Shown: positions 1-6,307 of the stretch, piece after piece
Position numbering within the stretch: the first letter of the stretch is position 1
How the letters are laid out: each line of letters starts with the position of its first letter
NCBI GenBank assembly: GCA_037481835.1
Contig: JBBFKW010000009.1
Coordinates: 147,886 to 178,049, forward strand
DNA: 30,164 nt
Direction: 5' to 3'
Source: Desulfosoma sp.
GTDB taxonomy: Bacteria > Desulfobacterota > Syntrophobacteria > Syntrophobacterales > DSM-9756
Program-made: the position numbers and the translations under genes
The notes under the pieces: generated by a model
Told to the model about the DNA's origin: nothing
Seen by the model: the letters and a program-made list of their open reading frames with translations, nothing else
The model's database searches: none

Positions 1-1
1 C

Positions 2-43
2 TTCATCGCCCTGGACGAAACCAAGAAATTCCTGGCCGGTTGA
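2..43 (+). CDS. Probable 3' end of a gene entering from outside the window (...FIALDETKKFLAG*)
   Basis: Frame 2 reads TTC ATC GCC CTG GAC GAA ACC AAG AAA TTC CTG GCC GGT TGA, with G/C-ending codons like the host genes. Too short to identify. Confidence 0.35.
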   Translation, partial: FIALDETKKFLAG

Positions 44-323
44 GCCAAACCGCGACCGGCGGAAGCGAGACAGCGGAGATCTTCAGGGAGAACGAGCTTG
101 ACAGAAACTTCAGCAGGTCATCCCGGCTAAGCTCACAATATCTTAGGATTTTTCCCAAGAGACCGGGGCCGATGGTGTCACCCGAATGAATCGGAACCAC
201 CGTAGTTCTGCCATCCGGGTGTCTCAAGTAATGATGGCTGCCCTTAACCTGCACCAACTCGAAACCGGCCTTGTGGAGGGCCGTCATGAGCTCTCGGCCC
301 GTCACGGAAGGGATCCGCGTCAT
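3..323 (-). CDS. hicA: HicA-family toxin (type II TA mRNA interferase) with a C-terminal extension
   Basis: HicA signature L.KAGF.....KGSH..LRHPDGR.TVVP.H....IGPG.L..IL. Start overlaps the hicB stop (ATGA at 320-323). Confidence 0.9.
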   Translation of the reverse strand: MTRIPSVTGRELMTALHKAGFELVQVKGSHHYLRHPDGRTTVVPIHSGDTIGPGLLGKILRYCELSRDDLLKFLSSSFSLKISAVSLPPVAVWLNRPGISWFRPGR

Positions 324-535
324 GGGGCAACACCCACTTGCTGAACCCCAACAAAATCCAGCGTCTCCATTTCCTCGCCTTCCACCTCCAGACAGAGTTG
401 GATGGCTTCCTTGATTCGGCTCATGAGCTCATCCAGGGATCGGGCCTGGGTGTGGCACCCCCGGAGCGCCGGCACCGTGGCCACGTAGTAACCTTCCTGG
501 TCTTTTTCGATGAGCACGACGAATTGCTTCGGCAT
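320..535 (-). CDS. hicB: HicB-family antitoxin, short form without a C-terminal DNA-binding domain (71 aa)
   Basis: F.VLIEKD.EGYYVA.VP.L.GCHTQA.SLDEL...IKEAI.LCLE. ATG at 535 is preceded by a GGGGGTG RBS-like sequence. Adjacent to hicA. Confidence 0.9.
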   Translation of the reverse strand: MPKQFVVLIEKDQEGYYVATVPALRGCHTQARSLDELMSRIKEAIQLCLEVEGEEMETLDFVGVQQVGVAP

Positions 536-583
536 GGTGCCACCCCCATGTTTCGTGCGTTGCAAGAGCGCTTTTCAATTCAA

Positions 584-612
584 ACTATAATGAACACCCT
601 GAATCGGGTAAA
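584..612 (-). promoter_or_regulatory. Putative sigma70 promoter for hicBA
   Basis: Minus strand TTTACC-N17-TATAGT, about 50 nt upstream of the hicB ATG. Confidence 0.45.
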
Positions 613-670
613 GTTCTTCAACCTGCCGATGGTTTCCATGTGGCCCGCGGCGGTTGTTTTTGCTATGGTG

Positions 671-725
671 AGCCCGAAGGGCGGGCTTTCGGGCCGGGGC
701 GGCGTCTGAGCGCCCCGGCCCGAAA
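671..725. repeat. GC-rich inverted repeats (two adjacent hairpins) between hicB and csrA
   Basis: Perfect 15-bp stem TTTCGGGCCGGGGCG (687-701) / CGCCCCGGCCCGAAA (711-725) with a 9-nt loop, plus a 6-bp stem AGCCCG (671-676) / CGGGCT (682-687). Confidence 0.8.
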
Positions 726-737
726 CTCCCCAAAAGC

Positions 738-766
738 CTCTGCGAACTCTGCGCCTGTGCGGTGAA
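738..766. repeat. Short degenerate tandem repeat (CTCTGCG units)
   Basis: CTCTGCGAA CTCTGCGC CTGTGCGGTGAA: three units spaced 8-9 nt apart. Confidence 0.55.
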
Positions 767-817
767 TTTCCCTTCCCGCCGCACCGGCCGCTCACAGCCG
801 CCTCAACGGGGGACACC

Positions 818-1054
818 ATGCTCATACTGACCCGCAAGGTGGGGGAAGCCATTCGGATCGGGGACGACATCCAGGTGGTCATCACCGCCGTGGACCAGAA
901 CAAGGTGAAGGTGGGCATCAAGAGCCCCCGCCACGTGCCCATCTTCCGCGAGGAACTCTACCAAAAGATCCAGGAAGAAAACCGGCAGGCGGCCGCCATC
1001 CAGACCGACGATCTGGACGACCTCCTGCGAAGCCTCCCAACCAAGGCAGGTTGA
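818..1054 (+). CDS. csrA: Carbon storage regulator CsrA, long FliW-interacting type
   Basis: MLILTRKVGEAIRIGDDI.V......VKVGI..PR.VPIFREELY..IQEEN..AA. The C-terminal EENxxAA extension is typical of FliW-regulated CsrA. RBS GGGGGA. Confidence 0.97.
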   Translation: MLILTRKVGEAIRIGDDIQVVITAVDQNKVKVGIKSPRHVPIFREELYQKIQEENRQAAAIQTDDLDDLLRSLPTKAG

Positions 1055-1092
1055 ACATCCCCATCCGCCACGGTCTCAAGCGAGCAAAAACC

Positions 1093-1623
1093 ATGGACTG
1101 GGAAACCATCGCACGTCAACTCAAGACATTCTCCCCGCGCCATGAAGCCTATATCAAAACCATCCTCCAGGAAATGGTGGCCCATTACGGCGATCAACTG
1201 CTGGCCTGCGCCATTTTCGGTTCCTATGCGCGCAAGGAAAACCGGCTCAATTCCGACCTGGATCTTCTCTTGATTCTCGACGCCCGGGAAGGTTTTACAC
1301 AGCGGATGGCCCGTTTTGTGGAACAGGTCGAGATGAAACACGACGCCCTGGCCCAAGAACTCTATGAACAAGAAGGAATCCTTTGCGAACTTTCCCCTTA
1401 TATCCTCATGGAAGACGAAGCCCGCTTCGTTCAACCGGTTTATTATGATCTCGTGGAACACCACGTCATCGTGCACGACCCCCGCGGCCTCCTGGATCGC
1501 ATCGTCCGCCTTGTGAAAGAGCATCTTGTGGAATCGGCAGCCCGAAAGGAACCCGTGGGAACGGGCTGGCTCTGGACGATAAGCGGTAAAAAGATACCCA
1601 GGACTCTCGAGCCGGCGCCATGA
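1093..1623 (+). CDS. Minimal nucleotidyltransferase (MNT) domain protein, putative antitoxin
   Basis: Pol-beta NTase motif GS-X10-DXD (FGSYARKENRLNSDLDLL). Coupled to the HEPN gene by an ATGA overlap. An alternative TTG start at 1051 overlaps the csrA stop. Confidence 0.88.
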   Translation: MDWETIARQLKTFSPRHEAYIKTILQEMVAHYGDQLLACAIFGSYARKENRLNSDLDLLLILDAREGFTQRMARFVEQVEMKHDALAQELYEQEGILCELSPYILMEDEARFVQPVYYDLVEHHVIVHDPRGLLDRIVRLVKEHLVESAARKEPVGTGWLWTISGKKIPRTLEPAP

Positions 1624-2051
1624 AAGTGGACAAACTCACCCAAGCGTATCTTCGCAAAGCCCAAGTGAGGCTGGAGGCCCTCCATTTTTTTAAGGACAGG
1701 CAGGCCTATTCCGATGTGGTCCGCGAAGCCCAGGAACTTGTGGAGCTGCTGCTCAAAGCCGTCCTGCGGGCGGCGGGAGTGGAAGTCCCAAAGATCCATG
1801 ATGTGGGAAGGGTTCTGGAAAAGCACCGGGAGCACCTGCCGCCGGAACTGACGGAGCATCTTGCCGACATTCGACGCATTTCCAAAAGGCTTCGCAAGGA
1901 ACGGGAACTCAGTTTTTACGGGGCGGAAGATTTCATCCCCACAGAAGAATACGACATGGAAGACGCCGACCTCGCCATCGCGGACGCGGCGTTCGTTTAT
2001 CGAATCGTCTCGGAAATCTTTGACAAGACGGAAGCAGAAGAGCCGACATGA
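1620..2051 (+). CDS. HEPN domain protein, putative toxin partner of the MNT
   Basis: Helical HEPN pattern Y..VVREAQE.VEL.LKA.L...G...PKIHDV and RKERELSFYG. 143 aa, directly downstream of the MNT. Confidence 0.88.
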   Translation: MKVDKLTQAYLRKAQVRLEALHFFKDRQAYSDVVREAQELVELLLKAVLRAAGVEVPKIHDVGRVLEKHREHLPPELTEHLADIRRISKRLRKERELSFYGAEDFIPTEEYDMEDADLAIADAAFVYRIVSEIFDKTEAEEPT

Positions 2052-2473
2052 AGATCCAAACCTCCCGATTCGGCACCCTGGACCTGGACGAGAGCACCTT
2101 CATCCGCTTTCCCTGGGGCATCCCCGGCTTTGAAAATCTCAAACGCTACGTGCTTTTGGAACACCGCCAGGGGCCCTTTAAGTGGCTTCAAGCCGTGGAC
2201 CATCCCGAGGTGGCGTTTGTGGTATCACCGCCGGACGTTTTCGGCATCCGGTACAAAGTCCCCGAAAGACGGGCCTCGGTTCTCGACATCCGGAACCCCG
2301 AAGATCTGGCCATACTGATCCTGGTCTCTTTCAACAAGACCACGCGGGAAGTGCGCCCCCACGTGCGGGCCCCCCTGCTCCTGAACGCGGCCAATCGTCA
2401 AGCGTACCAATGGGTTATCGAAAAAGGGGAGGACAAGAACGTGATGGAACCCCTTCAACCAGATGAAACCTGA
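2048..2473 (+). CDS. fliW: Flagellar assembly factor FliW (CsrA antagonist)
   Basis: MKIQTSRFG.L......I.FP.GIPGFE...RY.LL.....PF.WLQ.V..PEVAFVV..P and the C-terminal .RAPLLLN...R.A.Q motif. Confidence 0.95.
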   Translation: MKIQTSRFGTLDLDESTFIRFPWGIPGFENLKRYVLLEHRQGPFKWLQAVDHPEVAFVVSPPDVFGIRYKVPERRASVLDIRNPEDLAILILVSFNKTTREVRPHVRAPLLLNAANRQAYQWVIEKGEDKNVMEPLQPDET

Positions 2474-2537
2474 GAAGGAAAAGGATAAGCCTCCCACTCC
2501 CCATTCAAAGGCAAGAAGGAAGCTCTCTATGGATCCT

Positions 2538-2575
2538 GCCGGGGAGGGGGTTTCAACCCAACCCGGCGATTTTTT
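2538..2575 (+). terminator. Possible intrinsic terminator of the csrA-fliW operon
   Basis: GCCGGG (2538-2543) ... CCCGGC (2562-2567) imperfect stem, followed by TTTTTT (2570-2575). Lies where the two operons converge. Confidence 0.3.
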
Positions 2576-2921
2576 CGTACTCCTTCGACGCGGATCTTCT
2601 CTTGTGGATTTCGGCCAATCGGATCGCCACCTGGCTTGAGGCCTCGGCAAGCCTTTGCAGGCAGGCCGCATAGCTTTCGGATAGTTCCTCGACGAGATGC
2701 CGAATACGACGGCCGCCGCCGTCTCCCTGATGATAGAGCGCCGGATCAAGACAAGCCGCGAGGTCCGCCATTCGGGAAAAGGCCGTCTCACACCGCTGGA
2801 CCGCCTGGTCCATCGCCGCAGCGTCGGCATCTGGACCGGCAAGTTCCCACAGGGCCAAAAGGCCTCCAAGGAGATCCTCCAGGGCCGATGCCAAGGACTC
2901 AACCTGTTCGGGCGGACTCAC
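2553..2921 (-). CDS. FliT-like helical flagellar chaperone (putative)
   Basis: Last gene after fliD-fliS-fliS. GTG start at 2921 behind GGGAGG, 122 aa, helical. C-terminus LAEIHKRRSASKEYEK resembles FliT tails. The call rests mainly on synteny. Confidence 0.55.
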   Translation of the reverse strand: MSPPEQVESLASALEDLLGGLLALWELAGPDADAAAMDQAVQRCETAFSRMADLAACLDPALYHQGDGGGRRIRHLVEELSESYAACLQRLAEASSQVAIRLAEIHKRRSASKEYEKIAGLG

Positions 2922-2955
2922 AGAGACCTCCCTGGGATGCCTGCGAAACGGGAAT

Positions 2956-3396
2956 TCATGCCACAATGGAGCGGCTCCAGCCTTCGGCGCCTTCCGGCCC
3001 GTCGAGGACAAGCTCACCCCGATCGTACTTCCGTTTCACTTCCTGCCAGGCCTCGCGAAGTTCTTTTAAAATGTCGATAAGGCCGTCGTAGACCTCAGGG
3101 CTTTTCATGGAATTGATGCCGATGAGCTCCCGAAGCACGTAGTTGTAAATTCTGGAGAGGTTCACCGCGATCTCCCCGCCTCGTTCGAAATCCAGTCCCA
3201 CCAGAAGCTCCGTGATCACGTCCTGCCCGTGGCGGATGCGTTCGTAGGCGGCGTCCATGCGATGGGAGGCATGGTGCTCTCGGGCTTTCCTTAAGTCTTC
3301 AATGGTCGCGTCATAACACATGAGAACAAGACTTGCGGTGTCCGCCGTTGCCACGTTTGTCGTCCGATAGGCATCGTGAGCCCTGTTCAGCATCAT
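2956..3396 (-). CDS. fliS: Flagellin export chaperone FliS (copy 2)
   Basis: AY..TNV.TA....LVLM.YD..I, QDVITEL..GLDFERGGEIA.NL..IYNY, I..ELREAW. Confidence 0.93.
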   Translation of the reverse strand: MMLNRAHDAYRTTNVATADTASLVLMCYDATIEDLRKAREHHASHRMDAAYERIRHGQDVITELLVGLDFERGGEIAVNLSRIYNYVLRELIGINSMKSPEVYDGLIDILKELREAWQEVKRKYDRGELVLDGPEGAEGWSRSIVA

Positions 3397-3425
3397 CTAT
3401 CCAACCTCCCCAACAATTGGTTCGT

Positions 3426-3797
3426 CTATCCGGCGCAAGCCACCTGAACCCATGCTTCGCGAAGCTCCCCGGCAATGGAGAGCATCCCACCTAGGGTCTC
3501 CTGAGCATGGGAATCGCGAATGGCCACCAGTTCCCTGAGCATATAATTGTAGATCCGGCCGAGATTTACGGCGATATCCCCTCCCCTTTCGTAATCCAGT
3601 CCCACGAGAAGCTCGGTGATGATATCCTGAGCGTGGCGAATGCGGTCCAGGAGGACATCCTCGTTCCCTTCGCTATGGGCGCGCTTGGCGTCCTGAAAGT
3701 CCCGAATGAGGGCATCGTAGCAACGCACGATGAGATCCGAAAATTCCACACTCGAGGCATCATTTTGCCGCAACACGGCGGAAGTGTAAGAAGCCAT
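3426..3797 (-). CDS. fliS: Flagellin export chaperone FliS (copy 1, more divergent N-terminus)
   Basis: LI..CYD..I, AQDIITEL..GLDYERGGDIA.NL..IYNYM, ELREAW. Confidence 0.88.
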   Translation of the reverse strand: MASYTSAVLRQNDASSVEFSDLIVRCYDALIRDFQDAKRAHSEGNEDVLLDRIRHAQDIITELLVGLDYERGGDIAVNLGRIYNYMLRELVAIRDSHAQETLGGMLSIAGELREAWVQVACAG

Positions 3798-3830
3798 TTT
3801 TTTCCTCCTGGGGGAAAAATTTTCCCGGTA

Positions 3831-5144
3831 TCAATTGTTGGACCTGGAGAAACTGGAAAAGAGCTGGGATAAGCTTGACATCTGATTGTTCATGGTATTC
3901 ATGGCGTTATCCATGGCGATGAACTGGGCCTTGAGTCGCTCCAGCTCGGCGTCGATGCGTTTTTCCATGGTCTCCATGCGATCGTCCAGCCTATCGATCT
4001 TGCCTTCCACGCTCTTGATCTGGGTTTTGACCGTGCCGTCCACCGAATCGGTGAGGGCATCCAACTCGGATTGCAAGCTTTGAGCCAGATCATTGAATTT
4101 GGACACCGTTCCCGGGTAATCTTGGGATAGAGCGTCCCGGAACTCTTCGGGGTCGAATTTCAGGGTGCCGTCCCGCGTGAAGGTGATCCCGTGGCTGAAG
4201 AGCTCTTGAGCGAGCACGGTGGTTTGCAACCGGCTCTTGATGGAGCGCAGCTGGGCGTCGCCGAAAAGGGCTCCCGTGGCTTCTTTGGAGGCGGCATCGT
4301 ATCGGGATTGCTCGTTGATGTACTTCATCACGCTGTTGTAAGCATCGACGAAAGCCTGAATTTTTCCTTCAATGCCCTTTTCGTCCCGATCGAGGCTCAG
4401 GGTCACCGTCGCTGCCGGATCTTCTCCCCGTAGCTGCAATGTGACGCCCTGGATGGCGTCGGTGATGGTGTTGGACGATCGAGTCATAGCGATGCCGTCG
4501 ATGGTAAATGCCGCGTCTTCCCCCGCCTGCAGGGTGGAAAAGTAATCCCCCGAAGCATCCGTAAACTGGATCCCCGCTGCACCCGTCTCCTCGCTAGTGA
4601 GAATGAGACGGTAATCGGAGTCGGAAACCTGGAGGACCCCGGCCATGACCCCGGTGGCGCTGGAGCCCGTATTCAGGCTGTTGATCTCGTCTCGGAGCTC
4701 GTTCAAGCTCTTGCCGTCCAGGGTGACGTCATGCCCCTGGATGGTGATGGTTCCCGTCCATCCGGTGGGGTCGGAGGCCGATGCAACCGAGGCGGACTGG
4801 AGCTTTTCGGCTTTGGCCAGGTTGGTGATCTGGATATCGAATCGGCTCTTGGAGGCACCGGATCCCACCGTGACCGACAAGAGATTGGACGGGTCTACGC
4901 TGCTGGAAGAAGTCAAGGTGGGGGTGAAAAGATCGAAGTCGCTCGAGTCCTTTATATCCTGGACGGCGGAAAGCAGAGCGGACAGCTTGGTGGAAACCGT
5001 GTTCCACGCCGAAAGGATGTCTTCCTGCTTATCTTTTTGCTTTTCCAACGGCTTGATGAACTGGTCCCTTTCCACCTGGCGGAGCTTTTCCACCATGGTC
5101 TGCCAGTCAAAACCACTTCCCACGCCACTGAGACTGAATCCCAT
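3831..5144 (-). CDS. fliD: Flagellar filament cap protein FliD (HAP2)
   Basis: N-terminal SG.GSGFD...MV.KL, then IDGI..TRSSNTI.DAI.GVTL.L, FVDAYN, and C-terminal RLK.QF.AMD..M..MN.Q. ATG at 5144 behind GGAGGT. Confidence 0.96.
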   Translation of the reverse strand: MGFSLSGVGSGFDWQTMVEKLRQVERDQFIKPLEKQKDKQEDILSAWNTVSTKLSALLSAVQDIKDSSDFDLFTPTLTSSSSVDPSNLLSVTVGSGASKSRFDIQITNLAKAEKLQSASVASASDPTGWTGTITIQGHDVTLDGKSLNELRDEINSLNTGSSATGVMAGVLQVSDSDYRLILTSEETGAAGIQFTDASGDYFSTLQAGEDAAFTIDGIAMTRSSNTITDAIQGVTLQLRGEDPAATVTLSLDRDEKGIEGKIQAFVDAYNSVMKYINEQSRYDAASKEATGALFGDAQLRSIKSRLQTTVLAQELFSHGITFTRDGTLKFDPEEFRDALSQDYPGTVSKFNDLAQSLQSELDALTDSVDGTVKTQIKSVEGKIDRLDDRMETMEKRIDAELERLKAQFIAMDNAMNTMNNQMSSLSQLFSSFSRSNN

Positions 5145-5231
5145 GAGCTCACCTCCCAAAGATCCATCCGGAGGGAATTAACCCGAGCGGTACTCTTTGT
5201 CTCCAACGGTCCGCCCACCCCCTTGTTTTTC

Positions 5232-5259
5232 TTATCGGCACGCGGCAGGAAGAACTTGA
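5232..5259 (-). promoter_or_regulatory. Sigma28 (FliA) promoter of the fliD-fliS-fliS-fliT operon
   Basis: Minus strand TCAAG-N15-GCCGATAA with a perfect -10 box. Confidence 0.85.
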
Positions 5260-5300
5260 CAGGTTTCAAGAGACATGCCCGCTATCAGCGCGGCCAACGA

Positions 5301-5334
5301 AGAAGGGGTGGCCCCCAAGGAACCACCCCCTCTT
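5301..5334 (-). terminator. Stem-loop (probable terminator) downstream of flagellin
   Basis: Minus strand GAGGGGGTGGTTCC-TTG-GGGGCCACCCCTTC, about 35 nt after the flagellin stop. The U-tract is weak. Confidence 0.65.
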
Positions 5335-5366
5335 TGGACTGGTAGATGAACGGTGATTTCTTTCGA

Positions 5367-6203
5367 TTAGCGAAGCAGCGTCAGAATCTGCTGCGGAGCC
5401 GCGTTGGCCTGGGCCAGCATGGCCATACCGGACTGCTGCAAGATCTGGTTCTTGGTAAACTGAGTCACCTCAAAGGCCATGTCGGCATCGCGGATGGCCG
5501 ATTCACTGGCCGAGTAGTTTTCAATCATGATGTTCAGGTTGTCCATGGTGTGCTGCAGCCGGTTCTGGTACGCGCCGATCTTGGCCATGTAGTTATTGAT
5601 GCTCTTCAAGGCATTATCGATGTTGTCCATGGCACTTTGCGCATTCGACTGGGTCTCGATCTTGCTAGCGTCCACGGCCAAGGCCTTACTGGATACTGCG
5701 TCAAGCGTAACCGTCAATTGATCGTGGCTCACATTCTGTGTACCGATCTGGAAAGTGAAAGTGATCTTCTCGCCCGAGCTTGCACCATAGACAAGCGTCA
5801 CGCCGTTATATTTGGACGTTTTGGCAATGCGGTCCAATTCGCTTTGGAGTTCCGCAAACTCGGTATTGAGCAATTCCCGCTCGTCATTCCTGATTTGGTC
5901 GCCCGCCGCTTGGGTGGCCAGCTCTTTCATGCGCACCAAGATGCTTTCGATTTCATGGAAAGCCCCATCTGCCACTTGAAGCATGGAGTTGGACTCCGAG
6001 GCGTTTTGATAGGCCACCCTCAACGAAGCGATCTTGGCCTTGAAGGTGTTGGCCACGGCAAATCCCGCCGCATCGTCTGCCGCATTGTTGATTCGATAGC
6101 CCGTAGACAGCCGCTGCAAGGACTTTGAAAGATTTCTGTTGTTGATGGTGAGATTTCCTTGGACAGTCAGCGCCGTAACATTGGTGTTGATACGAAGTGC
6201 CAT
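5367..6203 (-). CDS. fliC: Flagellin (short, 278 aa)
   Basis: MALRINTN...LSKSLQRLSTGYRINNAADDAAG at the N-terminus and IGAYQNRL...SESAIRDADMA.E...FTK.QIL.QSG.AMLAQAN..PQ.IL.LL at the C-terminus. Confidence 0.98.
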   Translation of the reverse strand: MALRINTNVTALTVQGNLTINNRNLSKSLQRLSTGYRINNAADDAAGFAVANTFKAKIASLRVAYQNASESNSMLQVADGAFHEIESILVRMKELATQAAGDQIRNDERELLNTEFAELQSELDRIAKTSKYNGVTLVYGASSGEKITFTFQIGTQNVSHDQLTVTLDAVSSKALAVDASKIETQSNAQSAMDNIDNALKSINNYMAKIGAYQNRLQHTMDNLNIMIENYSASESAIRDADMAFEVTQFTKNQILQQSGMAMLAQANAAPQQILTLLR

Positions 6204-6206
6204 GAT

Positions 6207-6265
6207 CATTCCTCCCTGAATGTTGGTGAAGACTTCCCTGTCGAACCCTTTCTACCAGTCCCTTG
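6207..6265 (-). promoter_or_regulatory. Three CsrA-binding ANGGA sites in the flagellin 5' leader
   Basis: mRNA-sense CAAGGGACTG (6256-6265), hairpin GAC-AGGGAA-GTC (6231-6242), and hairpin CATTC-AGGGAG-GAATG (6207-6222) covering the Shine-Dalgarno. Confidence 0.8.
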
Positions 6266-6279
6266 TGCCTTCAACTTTC

Positions 6280-6307
6280 TTATCGGCAAGGGCGGGGAGG
6301 AACATTA
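6280..6307 (-). promoter_or_regulatory. Sigma28 (FliA) promoter of flagellin
   Basis: Minus strand TAATG-N15-GCCGATAA. The TAA of the -10 box is also the stop codon of the upstream GT4 gene. Confidence 0.85.

Noticed and set aside
609..632. Sigma28-like TAAAG...GCCGATGG upstream of csrA
   Set aside because: The spacer is 11 nt rather than the 15 nt seen at the fliC and fliD promoters, and the -10 box is imperfect.
5346..6128. 260-aa plus-strand ORF, and similar ones at 7033-7857, 8243-9370 and 11882-12646
   Set aside because: Antisense to well-supported genes (flagellin, glycosyltransferases, TPR protein) with no independent protein features.
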